Assembly: GCA_032249135.1 (NCBI GenBank)
Contig: JAVVGL010000001.1
Span: 126,504 to 190,503, forward strand
Source of the DNA: Candidatus Calescibacterium sp.
Lineage (GTDB): Bacteria > Calescibacteriota > Calescibacteriia > Calescibacteriales > Calescibacteriaceae
Direction: 5' to 3'
DNA length: 64,000 nucleotides
The notes beneath the pieces are model-generated. The model had not been told where the DNA came from and searched no databases. It saw only the letters and a list, made by a program, of their open reading frames with translations. The translations under genes were made by a program, and so were the position numbers. This document shows, piece after piece, positions 1 to 9,536 of this stretch (the stretch's first letter is position 1; each line of letters begins with the position of its first letter).

Positions 1-1
1 T

Positions 2-166
2 TTTTTAAAACTTGGAGCACAAATCGGTGGAAGTCTTGAAAACTCCGAAGATATATCAAAAAAAATCCTTTCAATACCAATAGATCCTCTCCTTACAGAC
101 GAAGAAGTAAGCAGAGTAATAAATGTAATTAAGGAATTTTTCTCTTCTACTCCCACTCAATCGTAG
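2..166 (+). CDS. 3' fragment (C-terminus) of DegT/DnrJ/EryC1/StrS-family PLP aminotransferase; continues upstream of window
   Basis: Open frame from window edge to TAG at 164-166. Translation ...SIPIDPLLTDEEVSRVINVIKEF... resembles the C-terminal helix of DegT-family sugar aminotransferases. Convergently overlaps the guaA 3' end by 20 nt. Confidence 0.45.
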   Translation, partial: FLKLGAQIGGSLENSEDISKKILSIPIDPLLTDEEVSRVINVIKEFFSSTPTQS

Positions 167-1670
167 CTGGTGGTTTAGATGTTATGTCATAAACTACGCG
201 GGAGACTTCCGGAATTTTTGCAGTAATTTTTCTTGAAACCTCATCTAAAAATTCGTAAGGCACTCTACTCCAATCTACCGTCATGCCATCAACGGAATCA
301 ACTATTCTTATCGCAATAACATAGCCGTATCTTCTTCTATCACCTGAAACTCCAGTACTTTTTGAGTTAGTAAGAACACAGAAAGCTTGCCATACCTTGT
401 TATAAAGTTCATATCTTATCAACTCTTCCTCCAAAATCTCGTCAGCTTCACGGAGAATATCTATTTTCTTTTTTGTTATTTCCCCTAAAATCCTGACAGC
501 AAGTCCTGGTCCCGGAAAAGGGTGTCTGAAAATTATATCATCTGGTATTCCTAAAATTTTCCCTATTTCCCTTACTTCGTCTTTATACAGTTGCCTAAAA
601 GGTTCAACAAGTTCAAATCCAAGTTCCTCCGGAAGCCCACCGACATTGTGATGAGTTTTTATAACATGAGCTTTGCCAGAAGTAGAAACTCCACTTTCTA
701 TAACATCAGGGTATAAAGTTCCCTGTGCAAGAAACCTTATATTTTTTTCTCCTTTTTTTGAAATTGCATAGTTTTTGAAGACATCAATAAAAGTCTTCCC
801 TATTATCTTTCTCTTTTTCTCTGGGTCTCTTACTCCTTTTAATTTAGAGAGAAAAATTTCTGATGCATCTGAAATGTTAATATTTATACCAAGTCTTGAA
901 AAATTTTTCTTTATCTTTTCAACTTCATTTTTTCGTAAAAGCCCAGTATCTACAAGAACAAAATCTGCCTCATCACCTTTCGCCTTGTGAAGTAAATAAG
1001 CCATAACTGTAGAGTCAACTCCGCCAGAGACAGCACATAATATCCCTCCTCTGAGCTGTTTTATCTCATAAATTTTTTCTTCAACAAAATTGCTCAATGA
1101 CCAATCAGAAGGTGATTTACAGATTTCAAAAACAAAATTCTTCAGAATTTCCAAACCGAACTCAGTGTGATATACCTCAGGATGGAACTGAACACCAAAA
1201 ATATTCCCATATCTGAAAGCAGATATTGGTGAAAAATGAGTTTCACCAAGAATTTCAAAACTATCTGGAACTTCGGAGATTACATCTCCGTGAGACATCC
1301 AAACAAAAAATTCAGATGGCAAATTTTGGAACAGCTTATCTTTTACCAAAACTTTGAATCTCGCTCTTCCATATTCTCCAATTTTTGCCTTTTTTACCTT
1401 CCCTCCAAAAACATGAGCTATAAGCTGAGCTCCATAACATATTCCTAAAATGGGAATTTCAAGAGAAAATATTTCGGAATCAGGATATGGAGCATCCTTC
1501 TGATATACACTTTCCGGACCACCAGAAAGAATTATTCCATGCGGAGAAAAAGATTTTATTTTTTCTACCGGTGAGTTGAAAGGTAAAATTTCAGCATAAA
1601 CCCCAAGCGACCTTACCCTTCTTGTTATAAGATGAGTATATTGAGAGCCAAAATCTAAAACAACTATCAC
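147..1670 (-). CDS. guaA: GMP synthase (glutamine-hydrolysing)
   Basis: 507 aa. N-terminal class-I glutamine amidotransferase (GICYGAQL, catalytic Cys). ATP-pyrophosphatase P-loop SGGVDSTV. C-terminal GMP synthase dimerisation domain ending ...PPATIEWE. Confidence 0.95.
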   Translation of the reverse strand: MIVVLDFGSQYTHLITRRVRSLGVYAEILPFNSPVEKIKSFSPHGIILSGGPESVYQKDAPYPDSEIFSLEIPILGICYGAQLIAHVFGGKVKKAKIGEYGRARFKVLVKDKLFQNLPSEFFVWMSHGDVISEVPDSFEILGETHFSPISAFRYGNIFGVQFHPEVYHTEFGLEILKNFVFEICKSPSDWSLSNFVEEKIYEIKQLRGGILCAVSGGVDSTVMAYLLHKAKGDEADFVLVDTGLLRKNEVEKIKKNFSRLGININISDASEIFLSKLKGVRDPEKKRKIIGKTFIDVFKNYAISKKGEKNIRFLAQGTLYPDVIESGVSTSGKAHVIKTHHNVGGLPEELGFELVEPFRQLYKDEVREIGKILGIPDDIIFRHPFPGPGLAVRILGEITKKKIDILREADEILEEELIRYELYNKVWQAFCVLTNSKSTGVSGDRRRYGYVIAIRIVDSVDGMTVDWSRVPYEFLDEVSRKITAKIPEVSRVVYDITSKPPATIEWE

Positions 1671-1695
1671 AACTAATTAAATCCAAAAGTTTCCT

Positions 1696-2496
1696 TCACC
1701 CTCCCCTTTGCAATTCCTGATCTATCACTTGCTTGAAAGATTCAAATGGTAGAGCTCCCCTCACAGGTATTCCATTTATAAAAAATGTTGGTGTTCCTCT
1801 TACTCCAAGTCTCTGACTTTCGTTCATATCTTGCATAACAATTTGGGCTGTTTCCCCTGTGTCAAGACACTGAGAAAACCTTTTTTCATCTAATCCTATT
1901 TCTTTTGCAAACTGCTTCAGGGATGCAACATCAAGTCTCCCCTGCGGCTGCCCCACCTGGAAGAGTTTGTCGTGCATAGCCCAGAAAGCTTTTGTTCCTC
2001 CTATTTTACCTGCACACTCTGCTGCCTCTGCTGCTTTTTGAGCAAACTGATGAAACGGCAAAGGCAAATGCTTGAACACAATCTTCACCTTATCTCCATA
2101 TGTCTGCAATATCTGGGGATAGGTCTCCCTTGCCCATCTACCACAGAATGGACACTGGAAATCTGAATACTCAACTATTGTAACCTTCGCGTTCGGGTCA
2201 CCTTTTATCCTGTAAGGTGGTGGGGGTGCGATTTGAGATATATCAATCCTTTCCACTTCAGGAGGGGGAGATGGTGGTTGCTGTGGTTGTGGTTGTGGTT
2301 GTGGTTGTGGGGGCTGTACTGGCTGACCCGGTGCCCCTGCTCTTGCCACATTAACTCCACCTTTTTCAAGGTAACTCTGAATAGAACGAGTTGCCCATAT
2401 TATAGAACCCGCAACTATCACGCTTGCAACAAGAATAGAAGCTGCCAAAAACTTTCCTTCTGCTTGTCCCTTCTTTATATCACTTTTCATACCCAT
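1696..2496 (-). CDS. DsbA-family thiol:disulfide oxidoreductase with N-terminal TM anchor and (PQ)n linker
   Basis: Thioredoxin-fold CPFC active site (FQCPFCGRW) and the DsbA-like FKHLPLPFH...GTPTFFING motif. N-terminal hydrophobic anchor. PQPQPQPQPQPQQPP linker encoded by a (TGGTTG)n hexanucleotide repeat. Confidence 0.75.
   Translation of the reverse strand: MGMKSDIKKGQAEGKFLAASILVASVIVAGSIIWATRSIQSYLEKGGVNVARAGAPGQPVQPPQPQPQPQPQQPPSPPPEVERIDISQIAPPPPYRIKGDPNAKVTIVEYSDFQCPFCGRWARETYPQILQTYGDKVKIVFKHLPLPFHQFAQKAAEAAECAGKIGGTKAFWAMHDKLFQVGQPQGRLDVASLKQFAKEIGLDEKRFSQCLDTGETAQIVMQDMNESQRLGVRGTPTFFINGIPVRGALPFESFKQVIDQELQRGG
2275..2313. repeat. (TGGTTG)~6 hexanucleotide tandem repeat inside the DsbA-like CDS, encoding a Pro-Gln linker
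   Basis: Direct reading: tggttgctgtggttgtggttgtggttgtggttgtgg. The repeat unit is a multiple of 3, so copy-number change keeps the frame. Confidence 0.85.
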
Positions 2497-2600
2497 ATTT
2501 TTTACCTCCTATGTATTTATTTTTCTAATTTTAATATATTAGAATTACTTTTTCCAGAAACTTGAGAATTTTCTATCCAGAATCCAATTTTTTTCTCAGT

Positions 2601-3551
2601 TTAAAGCCGAAGAATGATATACTTTGATATATAATAAAAAATAGGTATAGTAAAAAGAAGACTATCTATTCTATCAAGGACTCCACCGTGTCCTGGGATA
2701 ATGACCCCCGAGTCCTTCAAATGTACATCTCTTTTTAAGGCGGATTCTGCAAAATCCCCTAAAAGCCCAAAAAAAGCGGCGACAAAACCTAAAAACATCC
2801 AAATCATAAGGTCACCTTTTGGTTGGAATATAATTTTCATAAAAATAGCCGAGATTACAGATAATAAAACTCCACCTAAAAAACCTTCAAGAGTTTTTCC
2901 TGGTGATATTTTTTCTGCGAGCTTAATTTTTCCAAATTTTTTCCCAGCAAAGTAAGCTCCAATATCTGCACAAGCTGTTGTTAAGACAGTAAATAGAAAA
3001 AAGAAAATCCCAGTATCTATTTTTGCAAAATTTTGGATTTGTAGTTCGCTTCCTATATTTCTCAGAAGCACAGCGTGAGCTCCCCCCAACCATCCCGTAT
3101 ATATTATCCCAAAGTATGTCATCATAATTTTATCTATCGCTCCTCTCACCTCACGTGAAATTATCTGAATGAAAAATATTGCGATAAGAGAAAAAGTAAG
3201 GAGAGCAAAGAGAACATCTGATGGAGCCAAAAATGTTATAAACGGAATTGATGTTGAGACCGCGATACCAATTTGTGTGAATGGCTTTTCCCCTTTCATT
3301 TCCAAAAGCTTATATATCTCAAATGAAGCAAGAAGAGAAAATATAGAAACAAAAAAAACAAACAAAATACCCCCCTTTATCACAAAGAACAAAGCAATTC
3401 CACCAAGTATGACGCCAGAAATAACTCTTTTATAAATTTCTTGGCGAAAATCCTGATTCTGGGCTTGCGTTCTTATCTTAATTTGCTCTGCTATTTGCTC
3501 TATCCTCTGATCTTGATTGCTTCTATCCTGATAATTTTTTTCTTTTTCCAC
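2601..3551 (-). CDS. cdsA: Phosphatidate cytidylyltransferase (CDP-diglyceride synthase) with N-terminal low-complexity extension
   Basis: Multi-TM protein. C-terminal CTP-transferase signature ...GKTLEGFLGG...DFAESALKRDVHLKDSGVIIPGHGGVLDRIDSLLF... is typical of CdsA. Confidence 0.85.
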   Translation of the reverse strand: MEKEKNYQDRSNQDQRIEQIAEQIKIRTQAQNQDFRQEIYKRVISGVILGGIALFFVIKGGILFVFFVSIFSLLASFEIYKLLEMKGEKPFTQIGIAVSTSIPFITFLAPSDVLFALLTFSLIAIFFIQIISREVRGAIDKIMMTYFGIIYTGWLGGAHAVLLRNIGSELQIQNFAKIDTGIFFFLFTVLTTACADIGAYFAGKKFGKIKLAEKISPGKTLEGFLGGVLLSVISAIFMKIIFQPKGDLMIWMFLGFVAAFFGLLGDFAESALKRDVHLKDSGVIIPGHGGVLDRIDSLLFTIPIFYYISKYIILRL

Positions 3552-3668
3552 AGCTTTTTCATTCTTAAAATTTGCAAAAATTCTTTCCCAAAGTCAAAAA
3601 AATTTTAGCTCGCTACCTATAATTTCAGCCGATAAAGTTTTCGTGGTAAATAAAGATAAAATTAAAAA

Positions 3669-4724
3669 ATGATGGAAACTGAAATAAAATCTGAGGAAGA
3701 AATAAAAAAATTTAGAGAAATTTTCGGCAAAGTAGTTCAGGGGGAAAATTTAAATTTTGAAGAAGCAAGATTTTGCGCAGATTTAATAATTTCAGGGAAA
3801 GCACCTCAAAACCTTGTCGCAGGACTTTTAGTTGCTCTCAGAATGAAAGGAGAAACATCAGAAGAAATAGCAGGATTTGCATACGAGATGAGACAGAAAG
3901 CAGTAAAGCCTAAAATAGACGATGAAAATATAAAACCAATTGATACATGCGGAACAGGGGGGGATGGACTTCACACATTCAACGCTTCAACGGCATCAGC
4001 TATAATTTTAGCTGCAGAAGGAATAAAAGTAGCAAAACATGGAAACAGGGCAGTTTCTTCAAAACTTGGCTCAGCTGATATTCTGGAGAAATTAGGAGTG
4101 AAAATAAATGTTGAACCAGAAGAAGTTGAGAAAGAACTTAAAGAGAAAAATTTTGTCTTCCTTTTTGCTCCAAAATTCCATCCTGCTATGAAAAATGTAG
4201 CTCCAATAAGGAAAGAACTTGGAATAAGAACAATCTTCAATCTTTTAGGTCCAATCACTAATCCAGTTGGAGTGAAAAGACAGGTAATAGGAGTATTCTC
4301 CCCTGATTTTGCAGAAAAGATAGCACAAGCTTTATCTTTACTTGGAACTGAAAAAACTCTCGTGTTCTCAGGAGAAGCAGAAGAAGGATTTTTTATAGAC
4401 GAAATATCCCCATCAGGTCGGACATTCTTTTTCAAGTTAGAAAACGGTAAAATAGAAAAATTTGAGTTAGATGCAAGAGAAATTTTAGGGAAAAGACATA
4501 AAGTAGAAGAACTGAAACAATCAGAGAGCGAACCAGAAATAGAATTTTTAAATGTGTTAGAAGGAAAAGAGAGAGAGGCTTTACTTGACTTTGTAGCTTT
4601 GAATGTTGCGGCAGGATTTATAATTTGCGACAGAGTAAAAGATTTCAAGGAAGGTTATATTATGGCAAAAGACATTATAAAAAGCGGCAAGGCAAAAAAG
4701 TTTCTTCAAGAATATTTAGTTTAG
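3669..4724 (+). CDS. trpD: Anthranilate phosphoribosyltransferase (TrpD family)
   Basis: LVALRMKGETSEEIAGFAYEMR and the CGTGGDGLHTFNASTASAIILAAEGIKVAKHGNRAVSSKLGSADILE glycosyl-transferase family 3 signatures. No other trp genes adjacent, so a TrpD2/YbiB-like paralog is not excluded. Confidence 0.75.
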   Translation: MMETEIKSEEEIKKFREIFGKVVQGENLNFEEARFCADLIISGKAPQNLVAGLLVALRMKGETSEEIAGFAYEMRQKAVKPKIDDENIKPIDTCGTGGDGLHTFNASTASAIILAAEGIKVAKHGNRAVSSKLGSADILEKLGVKINVEPEEVEKELKEKNFVFLFAPKFHPAMKNVAPIRKELGIRTIFNLLGPITNPVGVKRQVIGVFSPDFAEKIAQALSLLGTEKTLVFSGEAEEGFFIDEISPSGRTFFFKLENGKIEKFELDAREILGKRHKVEELKQSESEPEIEFLNVLEGKEREALLDFVALNVAAGFIICDRVKDFKEGYIMAKDIIKSGKAKKFLQEYLV

Positions 4725-5390
4725 TTTCGGTTCAGAGTTTATATATCCTATCTTTGTTTTTCCAGCAAAAACTTTATCTCCAACTTGAACAGAAAATTCC
4801 CACTCATAAGGTATATATACATCAACTCTGGAACCAAGATATATAATTCCTATCCTTTCTCCTCTTCTTATAAAATCTCCTTCTTTTTTGAATACAGAAA
4901 TTCTTCTTGCTATCGCACCCGCTATTTGGGATAAAATTACATCTTTACCATCTTCTGTTCTGATATGCCAAAGAACTCGTGAGTTATTTTCTGATTTCTC
5001 TAAAAACGCCCGAGCAAAACCACCTTTCTTTCTCAAAATTTTTTGGACATATCCAGAAATCGGTGCTCTATTCACATGAACATCAAAAGGACTCATAAAT
5101 ATAGCAATTCTCTTCATCTTCTTACCTTCAAATTCAGGAATAAGTTCTACCAAATCACCTTTTACTTCAACCTCATCTTTCAATATAACTTTTCCATCAG
5201 CAGGAGAGATCAAATCTTTATCTGAATCGCTCTCAGGCTCTCTTTCAGGATCACGAAAAAAATTAAGAAGAAAAATAAAAAGAATGGATAAAATAACAAG
5301 TGGGATAAAACTTTTTGTTATGAAAAAGGAAATGAGAACAATAAAAAAAACAACAGTTCCGGGCAGTAAGAACTCCCTCCTTACTTTCAT
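4716..5390 (-). CDS. psd: Phosphatidylserine decarboxylase proenzyme
   Basis: MSPFDVHVNRAPISG motif. C-terminal GSRV/LGS-type self-cleavage region (IIYLGSRVDVYIP). N-terminal TM anchor. Confidence 0.85.
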   Translation of the reverse strand: MKVRREFLLPGTVVFFIVLISFFITKSFIPLVILSILFIFLLNFFRDPEREPESDSDKDLISPADGKVILKDEVEVKGDLVELIPEFEGKKMKRIAIFMSPFDVHVNRAPISGYVQKILRKKGGFARAFLEKSENNSRVLWHIRTEDGKDVILSQIAGAIARRISVFKKEGDFIRRGERIGIIYLGSRVDVYIPYEWEFSVQVGDKVFAGKTKIGYINSEPKLN

Positions 5391-5393
5391 AAA

Positions 5394-6383
5394 CTAAATA
5401 TTATCTTCAAAGTTTTCAAATTTCAAAATACCAAGTTCTTCGTAATGAGGTCTCATGTAATCAGGTAAAAGCCCAAGTTTCTTTAAGTTAGGAACGACAC
5501 GAGAAAACATCAAAAGTAAAAATTCCTGAAATATAGGTGAGTTTTGAATTATCTCCTGAGTTTCTTTTACAGGCAATCCGACATCTTCCCAAACCTGAGA
5601 CATATCTGTTATTCTGTTTTTCAGAGCAACACAGCCTTCGTATGCAAACTCACAAAGTTCTTTCTTTTCCTTTTCAGGGAGATCATCTATATGTTCTTTC
5701 AAAGAAATAACTCCAAAAGCAACATGTCTTGCTTCATCTTTCATAACATATCTTACGATTTGAACTCCAAGAGGTTCCTCACCGAACTTATCTAATGTTC
5801 CGAATATGCCCATCGCAAGTCCTTCCACAAGAATCTGCATTCCCACAAACTTAAAATACCATCTTGATTCTGAAAGTATGCTCCGCATAAGATCACGGAG
5901 ATGAGGAGATATAGGAAATTCCTTTTCTAACTTTGTAGTAAGGTATCTGTGAAAAACCTCAACATGCCTTGCTTCATCTATAACTTGTGTTGAAGCTACA
6001 AGTTTTTCATCATAAACAGGTGCACAACCCACAAGCTGACTTGCAACAAGTAAAGCTCCTTGTTCTCCATGCAGTATTTGAGATAAAATCCAGCTCATAT
6101 TTGATATTGATAGCTCCAACCTTTTTTTGTCATCAAGTTTTTCCCACAATCCCTGAAAGAGAAGTTGAGGGAGTTGAGATGAGAAAGTAAGCTTTTCAAT
6201 ATCAACTTGCTGCGACCAATCTATATCTTGCGAGGCATTCCACTGCTCTTTTTTGGCTCTCTCATATAGATCGGAAAGTTTTTGAATCTCAGTTTCATAA
6301 GAATATACCCATATCGTATCATACAGAGTCTTTATAGCTTCTGCCGTTCCTTCTTTGATCAATCTTTTTGTTTTTTCAGTCAT
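5394..6383 (-). CDS. Ferritin-like di-iron carboxylate oxygenase (AurF/desaturase-like), function unknown
   Basis: Two ExxH motifs (DEARHVEVF, DEARHVAFG) plus extra Glu in HGEQGA and VEGLAMG, spaced as in di-iron four-helix-bundle oxygenases. Confidence 0.5.
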   Translation of the reverse strand: MTEKTKRLIKEGTAEAIKTLYDTIWVYSYETEIQKLSDLYERAKKEQWNASQDIDWSQQVDIEKLTFSSQLPQLLFQGLWEKLDDKKRLELSISNMSWILSQILHGEQGALLVASQLVGCAPVYDEKLVASTQVIDEARHVEVFHRYLTTKLEKEFPISPHLRDLMRSILSESRWYFKFVGMQILVEGLAMGIFGTLDKFGEEPLGVQIVRYVMKDEARHVAFGVISLKEHIDDLPEKEKKELCEFAYEGCVALKNRITDMSQVWEDVGLPVKETQEIIQNSPIFQEFLLLMFSRVVPNLKKLGLLPDYMRPHYEELGILKFENFEDNI

Positions 6384-6427
6384 TTCAATCTACCTCCTTT
6401 TTCATTTTTGTTTTTTTAATTTATTTT

Positions 6428-6451
6428 TACCTACCATACGGTAGGTATAAT
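6428..6451. promoter_or_regulatory. Perfect 8-bp inverted repeat TACCTACC-N4-GGTAGGTA overlapping a TATAAT hexamer; candidate operator/promoter element
   Basis: Direct reading: tacctaccatacggtaggtataat. Lies in the 180-bp gap between the fliG stop (6564) and the start of the di-iron oxygenase gene (6383), both on the minus strand. Confidence 0.4.
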
Positions 6452-6563
6452 ATATACGATAATATTTTTAGAAGGAAAAGTTGTTTTTTCAGGAAAATTC
6501 TTTCATTTAGATTTATTCTTTAAAGTCCCGCGATCTTATTACTTTTTAATATACTGAGAATAA

Positions 6564-7661
6564 TCAAATAACATCTTCTTTTCCATGAGGAACAACAATT
6601 TCGCCCTGTTGTTCAAGTCTTCTTATAACCTTCAATATCTCCTGTTGAGCTCTTTCAACATCTATCCTTCTTACAGGTGGCATAGTTTCAAGCTCATCTT
6701 GTAGAACTTTCCTTGCTCTCTCGCTCATGGCTCCAAGTATTTTCCTTTTTACAGGTTCAGAAGCCCCTTTTAGAGCTTTAAGTAAAACTTCTCTATCTAT
6801 CTCCCTTAAAATTATGCTTATATATCTATCATGGATTCTCACTATGTCATCAAAGGTAAACATTCTTTGCCTTATCTCCTCAGCAAGTTCCGGGTTTTGT
6901 TTTTCTATCCTTTCAAGAAGTTCTTTTTCAAGCCCGGGCGGAGCATTCATGATTATCTCCACAAGAGCATTTATTCCGCCCACTCTTTTTGTTCCGCCTA
7001 TTGTCCTATATTCTTCATCAAGAACTATACCTATTTCATCAACAACCCCTGGGGCAAGTTTATCTAAATTTGCTATCCTTTCCAGCACATCGGCATAAAT
7101 ATCCTTAGGTAAAAGTTGTAGAACCTCAAGGGCTTTCTTTGGATCAAGGTATGCTAAGATAACCGCCATAGTTTGAGGATGTTCTTTCCTTATGAAATTT
7201 ACTATTGATTGGGCATCAAGATCATGCAAGAGTCCCATACTAATATCGGAACCTCCCGAAGCTTTAACGAATATTTTCAGACGCTCCATTATAGCGTTAG
7301 CCTTTGCTGGACCAAAAACAGTAGTTAAAATCTTATATATGAATTCATATCCGGATCCAGTCAGAACATCTTGCCTTGAAAGATTTATAAATTCATCAAG
7401 AACTTCCTTCGCAACCTTTTTCGGAATTATGCTCATCTTTAACATTTCCTCAGTAACCCTCTGAACATCTTCTTCACTTAACATTTTCAATATTTCTGAT
7501 GCAGCTTCTTCTCCCAAAGTTCTTAAAAGTATTGCAACCTTCTTTGGTCCAGATAATTCTTTACTATTTCCACTTTTCCCTTTTTCTCTGCGTTCGCTTG
7601 ATTCATACCCGAACTCATCTGATAACTTACTTTCTTCAACATTTTTATTCTCCTTTTGCAT
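6564..7661 (-). CDS. fliG: Flagellar motor switch protein FliG with ~35-aa N-terminal extension
   Basis: KKVAILLRTLGEEAASEILKMLSEEDVQRVTEEM (FliG N domain) and a C-terminal torque-generating domain (...MSERARKVLQDELETMPPVRRIDVERAQQEILKVIRRLEQQGEIVV). Confidence 0.85.
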   Translation of the reverse strand: MQKENKNVEESKLSDEFGYESSERREKGKSGNSKELSGPKKVAILLRTLGEEAASEILKMLSEEDVQRVTEEMLKMSIIPKKVAKEVLDEFINLSRQDVLTGSGYEFIYKILTTVFGPAKANAIMERLKIFVKASGGSDISMGLLHDLDAQSIVNFIRKEHPQTMAVILAYLDPKKALEVLQLLPKDIYADVLERIANLDKLAPGVVDEIGIVLDEEYRTIGGTKRVGGINALVEIIMNAPPGLEKELLERIEKQNPELAEEIRQRMFTFDDIVRIHDRYISIILREIDREVLLKALKGASEPVKRKILGAMSERARKVLQDELETMPPVRRIDVERAQQEILKVIRRLEQQGEIVVPHGKEDVI

Positions 7662-7693
7662 ACTAAATATTTTAATAATGATTTTAAAAAAGA

Positions 7694-8719
7694 TTATGGC
7701 TTCAGAAGAACCTTAATGGCTTTCCTTTCATGCATAGCTTTATATCCCTCTGCAACTTTATCGAGAGGCAAAACAACATCAAAAACTTTTCCTGGATCTA
7801 TTTTTCTATCCCATATAAGTTCTATGAGATCGGGAAGAAATCTTCTCACAGGAGCCGGTCCTCCATGCATATGTACGAGAGAGAAAAAAAATTCATCGCC
7901 CGGGATTTTGACATCATGCAAAACGCCAACAACCCCAATATGTCCGCCCGGACGTGTAACTTTGAGAGCCATCATTAATGCAGTTTGTGTTCCGACTGCC
8001 TCGATAGCTGAATGAACCCCAAGCCCATGAGTGATTTCTTTCACAACTTCTACAGCTTCATCTCCTCTTTCCGGTATTATATCTGTTGCTCCAAATTCTC
8101 TTGCCAGCTCCTGTCTTTTTGGATTTCTACTCCCCATCAAAATTATTCTTTCCGCACCCATAATTTTTGCTGAAAGAACAGCAAGGAGTCCGACAGCTCC
8201 ATCTCCTACAACTGCTACCCATTTACCAGGTCTTACATCTGCTGCGATTGCGGCAAACCAAGCCGTTCCTAAAACATCTGATGCCGTAAGTAAGCTTGGA
8301 ATAAGATGATCCGGAGGTATATCAGGAGTTGGAACGAGCGTCCCATCTGCAAGAGGAACACGAGCATATTCCGCTTGCATTCCTATATCTCCCATAAAAA
8401 CCCTACGAATACATCCACTATGATATCCTGCTCTGCAAATTTCACAGGTATTGTCTGATGCAAAAAAAGAACCAACAACGAATTGTCCAGGCTTTATTTT
8501 CTTAACTCCTTTCCCAACCTCAAGAACTATTCCTACATATTCATGTCCCATAGGAATTGGTTCTGAGACAGGATCAATTCCCCTATATGCCCAAAGGTCC
8601 GAACCGCATATACATGTAGCTACAATCTTTATTATTGCATCTTCATCTTCTAAAATTTTTGGTTCCGGACTTTCTTCAATTTTGATGTTGTATGGACCAT
8701 AAAGAAAAGTTTTTTTCAT
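7694..8719 (-). CDS. Zinc-dependent alcohol dehydrogenase family (MDR) oxidoreductase
   Basis: GHEYVGIVLEVG zinc-ADH signature, CGSDLW catalytic-zinc Cys, structural-zinc Cys cluster (CEICRAGYHSGC), GDGAVG Rossmann motif. Confidence 0.85.
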   Translation of the reverse strand: MKKTFLYGPYNIKIEESPEPKILEDEDAIIKIVATCICGSDLWAYRGIDPVSEPIPMGHEYVGIVLEVGKGVKKIKPGQFVVGSFFASDNTCEICRAGYHSGCIRRVFMGDIGMQAEYARVPLADGTLVPTPDIPPDHLIPSLLTASDVLGTAWFAAIAADVRPGKWVAVVGDGAVGLLAVLSAKIMGAERIILMGSRNPKRQELAREFGATDIIPERGDEAVEVVKEITHGLGVHSAIEAVGTQTALMMALKVTRPGGHIGVVGVLHDVKIPGDEFFFSLVHMHGGPAPVRRFLPDLIELIWDRKIDPGKVFDVVLPLDKVAEGYKAMHERKAIKVLLKP

Positions 8720-8778
8720 ATAATCAAAAAAACTAATAAAAACTTAAATGGTTTTCTCTTTGACAAAAATAGAATTCA

Positions 8779-9510
8779 GTGATGCAGAAAATAAATGGCA
8801 AGAAAATAAGAATTCTTGAATTTGAGATAATGAGTGTTTTTGATGAGATGGGATTTGAAGAGGTAAGATTACCCATGGTATATGGAGGTGAGGTAAGAGA
8901 AGATTTTACTACCGAAATATCAAAAAGATTTGAAGAAGGAAAATTCTGTTATAGAGGCGGAGTTTTCAGAATATCTCCCTTCGGTAAACCTGAAGAGATG
9001 TACCAGTTAGGTTGTGAAATAATAAGACGAAAGGATTTGGGTTATGAGGATATTTCTCTTTGTGCAGAAACTCTAAATTCCGTTATTGCAAAAATTGAAA
9101 AAGCAGTCGGTAAAGAGATCAAAGTGGTTATAGGACACTATGGTCTTGTCAAAAAAATTTTTGGAGAGCTTGCTGAAATATTTTTTAAAAAGAACATAGC
9201 AAAAATAGATGAAGCAATAAGAGCCGGTAAGGTAGATGAAAAATATGCGTTAGCATTTTTTAAAGTGTTCTCAGACCAAAACGAGCTTTCGTCTCTTCTT
9301 GAACTACCCCAAGATATTTTGAATTTTTCAAGCAGAATAAGTTGCAAAAAACTTTTTAACCTCCCAGAATTGCCTGAAAAAGATTACTATACAGGGGTAA
9401 TCTTCGGAATTTTTTTAGAAAAAAAGAGAATAGGATTTGGGGGAAAATATTCTATATTGAAAAAAGAAGGAATCGGATTTTCAATAAATCTCCTTGATAT
9501 ATTCTCTTAA
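8779..9510 (+). CDS. Truncated class-II HisRS paralog (HisZ-like ATP-PRT regulatory subunit candidate)
   Basis: 243 aa. Region FRISPFGKPEEMYQLGCEII resembles HisRS/HisZ motif 2 (RYE..Q.GRYREF.Q.G.E). No anticodon-binding domain. Confidence 0.35.
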   Translation: MMQKINGKKIRILEFEIMSVFDEMGFEEVRLPMVYGGEVREDFTTEISKRFEEGKFCYRGGVFRISPFGKPEEMYQLGCEIIRRKDLGYEDISLCAETLNSVIAKIEKAVGKEIKVVIGHYGLVKKIFGELAEIFFKKNIAKIDEAIRAGKVDEKYALAFFKVFSDQNELSSLLELPQDILNFSSRISCKKLFNLPELPEKDYYTGVIFGIFLEKKRIGFGGKYSILKKEGIGFSINLLDIFS

Positions 9511-9536
9511 TGATAAGTCGTCTTAACTTAATAAAC

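Noticed and set aside
3957-3963. G7 run inside trpD as another slippage tract
   Set aside because: It encodes the conserved GTGGDG glycine triplet of a housekeeping enzyme, in frame, with no alternative reading. It is most likely constrained coding sequence rather than a switch.
3971-4648. 225-aa antisense ORF inside trpD, and similar antisense ORFs (17799-18320 inside the TPR gene, 6727-7098 inside fliG, 22529-22918 opposite cheW, 62130-62579 opposite MlaD)
   Set aside because: Low-complexity Ser/Phe/Leu-rich translations opposite strongly conserved genes are typical of spurious shadow frames in AT-rich DNA.
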